Assembly: GCA_025963905.1 (NCBI GenBank)
Contig: JAOPZW010000375.1
Location: 1-52,519 of the forward strand
Direction of reading: 5' to 3'
Source of the DNA: Solirubrobacterales bacterium
GTDB lineage: Bacteria; Actinomycetota; Thermoleophilia; Solirubrobacterales; Solirubrobacteraceae
DNA length: 52,519 nt
The position numbers and the translations under genes were made by a program. A model generated the notes under the pieces. That model was not told where the DNA came from. It did not search any database and saw only the letters and a list, made by a program, of their open reading frames with translations. Positions 33,717-42,134 of the stretch are shown here, piece after piece. Positions within the stretch are counted from its first letter, which is position 1. Every line of letters starts with the position of its first letter.

Positions 33717-33806
33717 CGCCATCGCGCAACAGGGGCGTTAGACCTACACCTGCACCTGACCCGTCGTGGGCCGGGGCTCAGGGAGTCCCCCCTGCAGGAG
33801 AGAGGA

Positions 33807-35072
33807 ATGAGTGTGAGGATCAAGGTCTTTGCAGCGCTCGCCGCGCTGCTCGTGAGTGGCGGCCTCGCCGCCTGTGGGTCGAGCAGCAACGACAGCTCCG
33901 GAGGGTCGTCCACCTCGTCCTCGTCCTCGTCGTCGGCGAAGTCTGACGGGAAGCCGCTGAAGATCGGGCTGATCCCGCCTTCGAGCGGCGCGCTCGCGGT
34001 GTTCGGCACCGATGAGCTGAAGGGCTGGCAGGTGGCGGCCGACGAGGCCAACGCTGCCGGCGGCGTCGACGGCCACAAGGTCGTGTTGGTCAAGTCGGCC
34101 ACGGACGGTCAGCCGGCGACGACGATCCGCGCCGCACGCAAGCTCGCGACGCAGGACAGCGCCAAGTTCATCGGCGCGATCATGACGTCGCCGGAGCACG
34201 CCGCGTTGTCCAAGCAGCTCCCGGCCATCGGTGCGTTGAACTTCAACTCGACGGGCAAGGACGACGGCCTGATCGGCGCCGACTGCAGCCCCGACGCGTT
34301 CCGGTCGGTGACAGGGAGCGCCATGGACGTCAACGCGATCGCCGACTCGCTCTCCAAGCTGCCGGCGAAGACGTGGGCCATCCAGGCCGTCGACTACAGC
34401 ACCGGCCACTCCGCGGCCGCGGCGTTCACCGCCGCCGCCAAGAAGGCGGGCAAGACGGTCGTGCTCACGCAGTACGCGCCCCTGAACACGAGCGACTTCG
34501 GGTCCTACATCTCGAAGCTGAAGTCGGCCAAGGCCGACGGCCTGTTCGCCGTCGAGTACGGCGCCGACGGCGTCGCGTTCGTCAACCAGGGCGTGCAGTT
34601 CAAGCTGTTCGACCAGTACAAGACGGTCCTCGGCTTCAACATGGTGTCCGAGCCGCTGTTCAAGACGCTCGGCAAGAAGATCACCGGGTTCTACAACAAC
34701 GTCGGCTACGACGTCGACGCCGACAACCCGCTCAACAAGCAGTTCGTCGCCGAGTACAAGAAGGCCAACGGCGTCGACCCGTACTACGTGCCGGCCGACA
34801 CCTACATGGCCGCGCAGATCCTGTTCGCCGCGGTCAAGAAGGCCGGCAGCGTCGACCCCGACAAGGTCAAGGCGGCGCTGAAGGGCCTGTCGGTCCCCGA
34901 CCTCAGCGGCCAGAACATCAGCGTCGGCGCCGACGGCCAGGCCCTGCGGCCGTCCTACGTCGGCCAGGTGGTCGCCAAGGCCGGCGGCCCCGGCGGCCTC
35001 GGGTTCAAGATCGTCTCGACGACCCCGGCCTCCAAGACGCACCCGTCGGACAGCCCCGACTGCAAGATGTAG
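33807..35072 (+). CDS. LivJ/Peripla_BP_6-type ABC substrate-binding lipoprotein (SBP3)
   Basis: ATG 33807 follows GGAGAGAGG. Lipobox LAAC and a poly-Ser linker. Colinear with SBP1 and SBP2. Confidence 0.9.
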   Translation: MSVRIKVFAALAALLVSGGLAACGSSSNDSSGGSSTSSSSSSSAKSDGKPLKIGLIPPSSGALAVFGTDELKGWQVAADEANAAGGVDGHKVVLVKSATDGQPATTIRAARKLATQDSAKFIGAIMTSPEHAALSKQLPAIGALNFNSTGKDDGLIGADCSPDAFRSVTGSAMDVNAIADSLSKLPAKTWAIQAVDYSTGHSAAAAFTAAAKKAGKTVVLTQYAPLNTSDFGSYISKLKSAKADGLFAVEYGADGVAFVNQGVQFKLFDQYKTVLGFNMVSEPLFKTLGKKITGFYNNVGYDVDADNPLNKQFVAEYKKANGVDPYYVPADTYMAAQILFAAVKKAGSVDPDKVKAALKGLSVPDLSGQNISVGADGQALRPSYVGQVVAKAGGPGGLGFKIVSTTPASKTHPSDSPDCKM

Positions 35073-35184
35073 GTCTAGTCCACCACCACCGACCCGTCCT
35101 CCCGTGCGGGCCCGAACAGGGCCTGCCCGGGAGCGGCGACTCCCCGACCCGAACCGACGACACCACCTTGACGACGGAGCACCC

Positions 35185-36039
35185 GTGAACCTCGCCCAAG
35201 TGCTCAACGGCCTGGCCCTCGGCGCCTTGCTCATGATCCTGAGCTCCGGCCTCGCCCTCATCTACGGCCTGCGCGGAGTCATGAACTTCTCGCACGGCGC
35301 CCTCTACATGTTGGGGGCCTACCTCGCCTACGAGGTGACAAGCCAGGGCCTGTCGTTCTGGCTGGCGCTGATCCTCGCCCCGCTGGGGCTCGCGATCGTC
35401 GGCGCCGCCCTCGAGCTCGGCTTCTTCCGCCGGCTGCAGCGCCGGTCGCACATCGAGGTCGGCCTCGTCACCTTCGGCATCGCCCTGGTGATCGACCGCC
35501 TCATCGTGATCGTCTGGGGCGACAACACGCTCCCGGTCCGCGCGCCCAAGGCCGTCGACGGGACGACCAACGTCTTCGGCACCGACTACCCGACCTACCG
35601 CCTGCTGATGATCGTCGTGGCGATCGCGATGGCGGCCGCGCTGGTGCTTTGGCTGCGTAACAGCCGCGTCGGCCTGCACATCCGCGCCGCCAGCCACGAC
35701 ACCGAGACCTCCGGGATCCTCGGCATCAACGTCGACCGCGTCAGCCTCGTGGTCGTCATGCTCGGCGGCGCGCTCGCCGGGCTGGCCGGCACGCTGGCCG
35801 CGCCGTACTTCTCGGTCTCGCCGGGCATGGGCCAGTCGATCCTGATCACGGTGCTGATCGTGGTCGTCGTCGGCGGCATCGGCAGCGTCGGCGGCGCGAT
35901 GGCCGCCGCGCTCCTGCTCGGCCTCGTCCAGATCATGGGCAACGTCTGGCTGCCGAGCGTCGCGGTGCTCGTGCCCTACGCGCTCCTGATCGTGGTCCTG
36001 CTGTGGCGACCCACCGGGCTCGCCGGGAAGCGAGTGTGA
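35185..36039 (+). CDS. Branched-chain-amino-acid-type ABC transporter permease (LivH family)
   Basis: The GTG at 35185 gives VNLAQVLNGLALGALLMILSSGLALIYG.. with FSHGALYMLGAY. 284 aa, multi-TM. Confidence 0.85.
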   Translation: MNLAQVLNGLALGALLMILSSGLALIYGLRGVMNFSHGALYMLGAYLAYEVTSQGLSFWLALILAPLGLAIVGAALELGFFRRLQRRSHIEVGLVTFGIALVIDRLIVIVWGDNTLPVRAPKAVDGTTNVFGTDYPTYRLLMIVVAIAMAAALVLWLRNSRVGLHIRAASHDTETSGILGINVDRVSLVVVMLGGALAGLAGTLAAPYFSVSPGMGQSILITVLIVVVVGGIGSVGGAMAAALLLGLVQIMGNVWLPSVAVLVPYALLIVVLLWRPTGLAGKRV

Positions 36040-37145
36040 TGAGCTCCGTGCCAACCGCCGTGTCCACCGACGACCCCGCCGTCGTCCCGGACCTCGATGA
36101 CGACGCGGGCGGGATGCTCGACGGCCGCGTGTCCGTCGGCCTGGAGCGCCGCGTCGTACTGCGGGGCGCGATCGTCGCGGCCGTCGTCCTGGTGCTGGGG
36201 CTGTTCGTCCCCAACATCATCACCGACTCCTATGACATGGGCGTGGCCGCCGACGGCGTCGTGCTCGGGATCATGGCGATCGGCATCGGCTTCCTCGCCC
36301 ACCGCTCGGGCCTGATCAGCCTCGGCCACACCGCGTTCTACGGCGGCTCGGCCTACGGGCTGGCGATCGCCACGACGCACTGGGGCTGGTCGCCCACCTC
36401 GGCGGCGCTGTTCGCGGTCGTCGGCGGGACGCTGCTCGCGGTCGCGATCGGCGCGCTCGTCATCCGCATCACCGGCTTCGGGTTCCTGATGCTGACGCTC
36501 GCGTTCGGCCAGGCGCTGTACGCGGTCAGCACGCTCACCAGCGTGCGCAGCGTGACCGGCGCGTTCGACGGCATCTCGGTCACCTACGCCGGCGAGAACA
36601 CCAAGTTCCTGGGGATGACCCAGGCCCAGCTCGGCGCGCCGCATACGTTCTGGCCGCTGGCCTGGATCTCCCTGGTCGTCGTCGCCTTCGGGCTGTGGCT
36701 CGTCGGGCGCTCGCGCTTCGGCGTGACGCTCGAGGCGATCCGCGACAACGAGGAGCGCGCGCGGTTCTCGGGCTACAACACCTACCTGCCGCGGCTCGGG
36801 GGGTTCGCGATCTCGGGCGCGTGCGCGTCGATCGCCGGCGTGCTCTTCGCGCTCAAGGCGTCCTACGTCTCGCCCGACGTGCTCGGCTTCCAGCTGGCGG
36901 GCGACTCGCTGATCGCGACGATCGTCGGAGGCTTCACGATCCTCGTCGGCCCGGCGATCGGCGCCGTGTTGTACATCTACGCCCAGGGCAAGTTCGGCGA
37001 CACCGGCAACCTCGAGTTGTACATGGGATTGGCGCTGATCGTCACGGTGATCTTCCTGCCCGGCGGCGTCACCGGCTGGGTGGTCGAGCAGTTCCGGCGG
37101 CTGCGAACGCTGGTCGCCGGCCGGAAGGGGGCGAGCCGATCATGA
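36039..37145 (+). CDS. Branched-chain-amino-acid-type ABC transporter permease (LivM family)
   Basis: TGATG junction with the preceding gene. Contains SGLISLGHTAFYGGSAYG. Multi-TM. Confidence 0.85.
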   Translation: MSSVPTAVSTDDPAVVPDLDDDAGGMLDGRVSVGLERRVVLRGAIVAAVVLVLGLFVPNIITDSYDMGVAADGVVLGIMAIGIGFLAHRSGLISLGHTAFYGGSAYGLAIATTHWGWSPTSAALFAVVGGTLLAVAIGALVIRITGFGFLMLTLAFGQALYAVSTLTSVRSVTGAFDGISVTYAGENTKFLGMTQAQLGAPHTFWPLAWISLVVVAFGLWLVGRSRFGVTLEAIRDNEERARFSGYNTYLPRLGGFAISGACASIAGVLFALKASYVSPDVLGFQLAGDSLIATIVGGFTILVGPAIGAVLYIYAQGKFGDTGNLELYMGLALIVTVIFLPGGVTGWVVEQFRRLRTLVAGRKGASRS

Positions 37146-37852
37146 GCGGCGCTCCCGTGCTCGAGGCGTCCGGCGTCACGCTGCGCTACGGCGCGGTCGT
37201 GGCGGTCGACGACGTCGACATCGCGGTGGCGCCCGGCGTCCTACACGGCGTCATCGGGCCCAACGGCGCGGGCAAGTCCTCGTTCATGGACGCGCTCAGC
37301 GGTCGTCGCAGGCTCAGCGCCGGGACGGTCATGCTCGGCGGCGAGGACATCACGCGGCGCAAGGTCGCCTGGCGGCGCACGCACGGGATGGCGCGCTCGT
37401 TCCAGAAGACGAGCGTCTTCAACTCGATGTCCGTGCGCACGCAGCTGGAGATGGTCGCGCGGCGCAATCGCGAGGAGGACCTCGACAGCATCGTGCACGC
37501 GTTCGCGCTCGAGCCCTACCTCGACCAGCCGTGCAGCGCGATCTCCTACGGGTTGCAGCGCTCGGTCGACATCGCCATGGCCTTGATCGGCAAGCCGCAC
37601 GTCGTCCTGCTCGACGAGCCCGGCGCCGGGCTGTCCCAGGAGGAGTCGGTGCGCATGCTCGACCACATCCGGGCGCTGTGCAGCGAGCGCGACGTCGCGG
37701 CGGTACTCGTCGAGCACGACGTCGACGGCGTCTTCCGCGTCTGCGACGAGGTCACCGTGCTGTCGCTCGGCACGGTGCTCGCCTGCGGCAAGCCCGCCGA
37801 CGTCCGCGCGAACCCCGCCGTGATCGAGGCCTACCTCGGGAGCCAGGCATGA
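37142..37852 (+). CDS. ABC transporter ATP-binding protein (LivG family)
   Basis: ATGA overlap. Walker A GPNGAGKSS, signature-like ISYGLQRS, Walker B VVLLDEPGAG. Confidence 0.9.
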   Translation: MSGAPVLEASGVTLRYGAVVAVDDVDIAVAPGVLHGVIGPNGAGKSSFMDALSGRRRLSAGTVMLGGEDITRRKVAWRRTHGMARSFQKTSVFNSMSVRTQLEMVARRNREEDLDSIVHAFALEPYLDQPCSAISYGLQRSVDIAMALIGKPHVVLLDEPGAGLSQEESVRMLDHIRALCSERDVAAVLVEHDVDGVFRVCDEVTVLSLGTVLACGKPADVRANPAVIEAYLGSQA

Positions 37853-38541
37853 CCCCGCTGCTGGAGATCGATGACATCTACGCGTCCTACGGTGGCGCGC
37901 TCGTGCTGGACGGCGTCTCGCTGTCGGTCGACGAGGGCGAGACCGTGGGGCTGATCGGACGCAACGGGGCGGGCAAGTCCACCACCTTGCTCTCGATCTA
38001 CGGCGTGCCGACTGTGCGCGGCGAGATCCGCGTCAGCGGCAAGGCGCTCGGCAAGCGGCAGTACGAGCCGGCTTCGCGCGGCGTGAGCCTCGTCCCACAG
38101 GGTAAGCGGATCTACCCCAACCTGACGGTCGAGGAGAACATCATGTTGGGCCGCGCCTCGGGCCGGAAGGGCGCGTGGACGGTGGCGAGGCTGAAGGAGC
38201 TTTTCCCCAACCTGGCGCGCGCGTCCGGGCGGCCGGGCAACCAGCTCAGCGGCGGCGAGCAGCAGATGCTCGCGATCGCGCGGGCGCTGATGGCCGAGCC
38301 GCAGGTGCTCCTGCTCGACGAGCCCACCGAGGGCCTCGCGCCGGTGATCATCGACGAGCTGATCGACGCGCTGCGCGTCATCCAGGAGGCGGGCACCGCG
38401 CTCGTCCTCGTCGAGCAGCACATCCGGATGGTCCAGCAGCTCGCGACGCGCTTCGTCGCCCTCGGCAAGGGGCGCGTCGTGACGCAGGGCGCCGTCGGCG
38501 ACCTGGAGACGCGCGCGGTCCAGCAGCTGGTCGCACTATGA
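37849..38541 (+). CDS. ABC transporter ATP-binding protein (LivF family)
   Basis: ATGA overlap. Contains GRNGAGKST, LSGGEQQML and LLLDEPTEGL. Confidence 0.9.
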   Translation: MTPLLEIDDIYASYGGALVLDGVSLSVDEGETVGLIGRNGAGKSTTLLSIYGVPTVRGEIRVSGKALGKRQYEPASRGVSLVPQGKRIYPNLTVEENIMLGRASGRKGAWTVARLKELFPNLARASGRPGNQLSGGEQQMLAIARALMAEPQVLLLDEPTEGLAPVIIDELIDALRVIQEAGTALVLVEQHIRMVQQLATRFVALGKGRVVTQGAVGDLETRAVQQLVAL

Positions 38542-38545
38542 CGGC

Positions 38546-39334
38546 GTGGCGATGATCACGGCACCGGTCCAGGCGGAGCTGGCGTTCGCCGAGGAGGACG
38601 GCGTCGGCGTCGTCTACCTCGACGCCGGCCCGCGCAACGTCCTGAGCCCGCAGCTGCTGCGCGCGTTCATGGTGGCGTTGGACGACTTCGAGGACCGCTC
38701 GGCGCGCGTGCTGGTCATCGCCTCGGCGCTGCCCGGCGTGTTCGCCTCGGGCGGCGACGTCGAGCACCTCAGCCGCAGCGACTCCGCCGGGTTCGTCGCG
38801 TACATGCACGCGATGCGCGAGGTGCTGGACCGGATCGACGGGCTGCGCGTGCCGTCGATCGCGGCCATCAACGGTGCCGCGTTGGGCGGCGGCCTGGAGC
38901 TGGCGCTGGCGTGCACGCTGCGCGTCGCGGGCGCGGGCTCCCGGCTCGGCCTGCCGCAGGTCAAGCTCGGGGTGATCCCGGCCGCGGGCGGGACCCAGCG
39001 GCTGCCGCGCCTGGTCGGGCAGGGCAAGGCGCTCGACCTGCTGGTGACCGGCCGGACGGTCGAGCTGCAGGAGGGCTACGAGATCGGGCTGATCGACCGG
39101 CGCGCCCCGGCGGGGCAGTCGCTGGCCGTCGCGTTGGAGCTGGCGCGCGGGATCGCGGCGGTGTCGGTCCCGGCGGTCAAGGCGGTGCGCCGCGCGGCCG
39201 AGGCGGCGGCGGGCCGCTCGTTCCCCGAGGGCATGACCGTCGAGGCGCGCGAGGCCCTCGCGCTGTTCGAGCACGGCGAGGCGCGCGAGGGGATGGCGGC
39301 CTTCCTGGACAAGCGACCGCCGCACTTCGCATGA
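38546..39334 (+). CDS. Enoyl-CoA hydratase/isomerase family protein
   Basis: Contains FASGGDV, GAALGGGLELALAC and EGMAAFLDKRPPHF. The start is GTG 38546 or ATG 38552. Confidence 0.88.
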   Translation: MAMITAPVQAELAFAEEDGVGVVYLDAGPRNVLSPQLLRAFMVALDDFEDRSARVLVIASALPGVFASGGDVEHLSRSDSAGFVAYMHAMREVLDRIDGLRVPSIAAINGAALGGGLELALACTLRVAGAGSRLGLPQVKLGVIPAAGGTQRLPRLVGQGKALDLLVTGRTVELQEGYEIGLIDRRAPAGQSLAVALELARGIAAVSVPAVKAVRRAAEAAAGRSFPEGMTVEAREALALFEHGEAREGMAAFLDKRPPHFA

Positions 39335-39768
39335 TCGGGACGCTGGTCGACGAGTACACGTTCGCGGTCGAGCCCGGCAAGGTGCTCGAGCTCGCGCGGG
39401 CGATCAAGGACCCGGCGGCCCGCTACGTGGATGCGGGGGCCGCGCGCGAGGAGGGCTTCACGGGCGTCCCGGCGCCGTTGACCTACACCGTGGTCGCGGG
39501 GCATCACCGCGACGCCGCGGCGGCGGTGGAGCTGCTCGGGCTGGACATCGCGCGGGTGGTCGTGGGCGAGGTCGGCTGGGAGTACGAGCGGCCGGTCGTC
39601 GTGGGCGACGTCCTGCACGGCCGGCGCACGGTCGTCGACGTCAAGCGCAAGGCGGGTTCGCGCGGCGGCGGGATGACGTTCGTGACGCTGGAGACCGAGT
39701 TCTTGGACGCGGGCGGCGACGTGGTCGTCCGCCAGCGCGAGGTCCTGATCGAGACGGGGCGCTCATGA
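39331..39768 (+). CDS. MaoC_N / FAS1-like hot-dog protein (HadA/ChsH-type non-catalytic hydratase subunit)
   Basis: ATGA overlap. 145 aa with YTFAVEPGKVLELARAIKDP and no hydratase motif. Confidence 0.8.
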   Translation: MIGTLVDEYTFAVEPGKVLELARAIKDPAARYVDAGAAREEGFTGVPAPLTYTVVAGHHRDAAAAVELLGLDIARVVVGEVGWEYERPVVVGDVLHGRRTVVDVKRKAGSRGGGMTFVTLETEFLDAGGDVVVRQREVLIETGRS

Positions 39769-40145
39769 GGCCTCCTGAGCTCACCGTCGGCCCTATCACG
39801 CGGACCGACATCGTGCGGTTCGCCGGCGCCGGCGGCGACTTCAACCCGCTGCACCACGACGAGGAGTACGCGCGCGCCGCGGGTTCCCCGACGGTCTTCG
39901 CGATGGGGCAGATGCAGGCCGGCATGTTGTCGCGGTTGGCAACCGACTGGCTGGGTCTGGACGCGATCGAGTCCTACAAGGTGCGCTTCAGCGCGAAGGT
40001 CTGGCCCGGTGACGTCCTGACGCTCCGCGTTGCCGAGCAGGAGCGCGACGGCGACCGCGTGGAAGCGGTGCTGGAGGCGGTCCGTCAGGACGGCGAGGTG
40101 GCCGTCCGCGCCTGGGTGCGTGCAATCGACATAAACGATCGTTAA
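39765..40145 (+). CDS. MaoC-like (R)-specific enoyl-CoA hydratase/dehydratase catalytic subunit
   Basis: ATGA overlap. Contains the hydratase motif GDFNPLHHD. 126 aa. Confidence 0.85.
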   Translation: MRPPELTVGPITRTDIVRFAGAGGDFNPLHHDEEYARAAGSPTVFAMGQMQAGMLSRLATDWLGLDAIESYKVRFSAKVWPGDVLTLRVAEQERDGDRVEAVLEAVRQDGEVAVRAWVRAIDINDR

Positions 40146-40146
40146 C
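40132..40146. promoter_or_regulatory. Operator site 4: TAAACGATCGTTAAC, overlapping the MaoC stop codon
   Basis: Plus strand: AAACGATCGTTAACAT-CATGACC-GTG(40156). The -10-like TAACAT is at 40143..40148. Confidence 0.55.
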
Positions 40147-40149
40147 ATC

Positions 40150-42120
40150 ATGACCGTGAGCGACTATGCCTGGGTTCCGACGGTCGAGGTCGTCGAGCAC
40201 GCGAACATCACCCGGCTCATGCGACGCCATGGCGTCGCGGACCTCGCGGCGCTGCGCGCCCAGTCGGTGGCGGACATCGACTGGTACTGGAACGCCGTCG
40301 TCGACGATCTCGGGCTGCCGTTCACGACGCCCTACACGGCGCTCCGCGACAGCAGCCGCGGCATCGAGTGGACGACCTGGTTCACCGGCGGACGCTTCAA
40401 CGCCGCCGACGCGTGCGTCGGTCGCTGGGCCGAGGACCCGGAGCGCGCGGACACGCCCGCGATCGTCCACGAGGCCGAGACCGGCGAGGTCACGACGTTG
40501 TCGTATCGCGAGCTCGCCGAGCGCGTGCGGCGCACCGCCAACGGCCTGCGGGCACGCGGGATCGGGGAGGGCGACGTCGCGGCGATCTACATGCCGATGG
40601 TGCCGGAGGCGGCGATCGCCCTGTACGCGGCGGCGGCCGTCGGCGCGGTCGTCCTGCCGCTGTTCTCGGGGTTCGCGGCCGGCGCGGTCGCGGCGCGGCT
40701 CAACGACGGTGAGGCGAAGGTCGTCTTCACCTCCGACGGAACGTGGCGGCGCGGCCGCCAGACAGCGCTCAAGCCGGTCCTCGACGAGGCGCTGGGCGCG
40801 TGCCCGACGGTGGAGCACGTCGTCGTCCACCGCGGCGCGGCGCTCGACGTCCCGTGGGCGGACGGTCGCGACATCGAGTGGGAGGACTTCGAGGAGTCCG
40901 GGACCGAGCGTGAACGTACGTTCACGGTCGAGGACACCGACGCCGAAGCGCCGCTGCTGATCGGCTACACGTCGGGCACGAGCGGCAAGCCGAAGGGCGC
41001 GGTGCACACGCACGCCGGCTTCGTGACGAAGGTCGCGTCCGAGGTGGCCTACGAGTTCGACGTCCACCCGGGCGACGTGTACACGTGGATCACCGACATG
41101 GGGTGGATCATGGGTCCGCTGTCGGTGATGGGCGTGCACGCGCTGGGCGCGACGTTGCTGCTCTACGAGGGCGCGCCGGACACGCCGACGCCTGACCGCG
41201 TCTGGCGGCTGGTCGAGCGCCACCGCGTGACGATGCTCGGCGTCTCGCCGACGCTGATCCGCGCGTTGAAGGCGGCCGGGCCGCCGCCGGGCGACGGCGT
41301 TGACCTGTCGTCGCTGCGGGTCTTCGGCTCCAGCGGCGAGCCGTGGGACCACGACGCCTACATGTGGCTGGCCGACGCCGTGGGCGAGCGCCAGCGGCCG
41401 ATCATCAACTTCTCCGGCGGCACCGAGGTCGGCGGCGCGTTCCTCGCCCCGTACCCGATCGAGCCGCTGCGCTCCTGCTCGCTGGGCGGCCCGTCGCTGG
41501 GGATGGACGTCGACGTCTTCGACCCCGAGGGGCACTCGCTGCGCGGGACGGTCGGCGAGCTCGTCTGCCGGCAGCCGTGGCCGGCGATGACGCGCGGCGT
41601 CTACCGCGACTCGCAGCGCTACGTCGACTCCTACTGGTCGATGTACCCGGGCGTGTGGCGCCACGGCGATTGGGCGCGCATCGACGAGGACGGGCAGTGG
41701 TTCCTGCTCGGCCGCTCCGACGAGGCGCTCAACGTCGCGGGCAAGCGCGTCGGGCCGGCGGAGGTCGAGTCCGAGCTGCTGTCGCACCCGGCTGTCGCGG
41801 AGGCGGCGACGATCGGCGTGCCGGACGGGACGAAGGGTGAGGCGATCTGGTGCTTCTGGACGCCGGTCGACCCCGACGGCGAGGACGTGTCGAGCGAGTT
41901 GGTGGCCTTGGTCGCCGACCGCATGGGCAAGCCGTTCAAGCCCTCGCGCGTGGTGCGCGTGAGCGAGCTGCCGCGCACGCGGTCGGCGAAGATCCTGCGC
42001 CGCGCGGTGCGGGCGGTGGCCATCGGCGAGGACCCCGGCGATCTGTCGGGCGCCGAGAATCCGGGCGCGCTCGACGTGGTGCGCGAGGCGCTGGCGGCGA
42101 CGGCGCCGGTCAAGGCGTAG
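40150..42120 (+). CDS. Acetyl-/acetoacetyl-CoA-synthetase-family (ACS-like) acyl-CoA synthetase
   Basis: 656 aa. Contains YTSGTSGKPKGAVHTH, WITDMGWIMGP, GEPW and SAKILRR. An alternative leaderless start is GTG 40156 (see findings). Confidence 0.9.
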   Translation: MTVSDYAWVPTVEVVEHANITRLMRRHGVADLAALRAQSVADIDWYWNAVVDDLGLPFTTPYTALRDSSRGIEWTTWFTGGRFNAADACVGRWAEDPERADTPAIVHEAETGEVTTLSYRELAERVRRTANGLRARGIGEGDVAAIYMPMVPEAAIALYAAAAVGAVVLPLFSGFAAGAVAARLNDGEAKVVFTSDGTWRRGRQTALKPVLDEALGACPTVEHVVVHRGAALDVPWADGRDIEWEDFEESGTERERTFTVEDTDAEAPLLIGYTSGTSGKPKGAVHTHAGFVTKVASEVAYEFDVHPGDVYTWITDMGWIMGPLSVMGVHALGATLLLYEGAPDTPTPDRVWRLVERHRVTMLGVSPTLIRALKAAGPPPGDGVDLSSLRVFGSSGEPWDHDAYMWLADAVGERQRPIINFSGGTEVGGAFLAPYPIEPLRSCSLGGPSLGMDVDVFDPEGHSLRGTVGELVCRQPWPAMTRGVYRDSQRYVDSYWSMYPGVWRHGDWARIDEDGQWFLLGRSDEALNVAGKRVGPAEVESELLSHPAVAEAATIGVPDGTKGEAIWCFWTPVDPDGEDVSSELVALVADRMGKPFKPSRVVRVSELPRTRSAKILRRAVRAVAIGEDPGDLSGAENPGALDVVREALAATAPVKA

Positions 42121-42134
42121 GCGTCGGTCGGGTC

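Noticed and set aside
33895-33945. TCG/TCC trinucleotide run (poly-Ser SSTSSSSSSSS) in SBP3, as a possible tandem repeat or contingency locus
   Set aside because: It is in frame and located in the flexible linker after the lipobox. The analogous Gly/Ser linkers in SBP1 and SBP2 indicate an ordinary low-complexity tether rather than a regulatory repeat.
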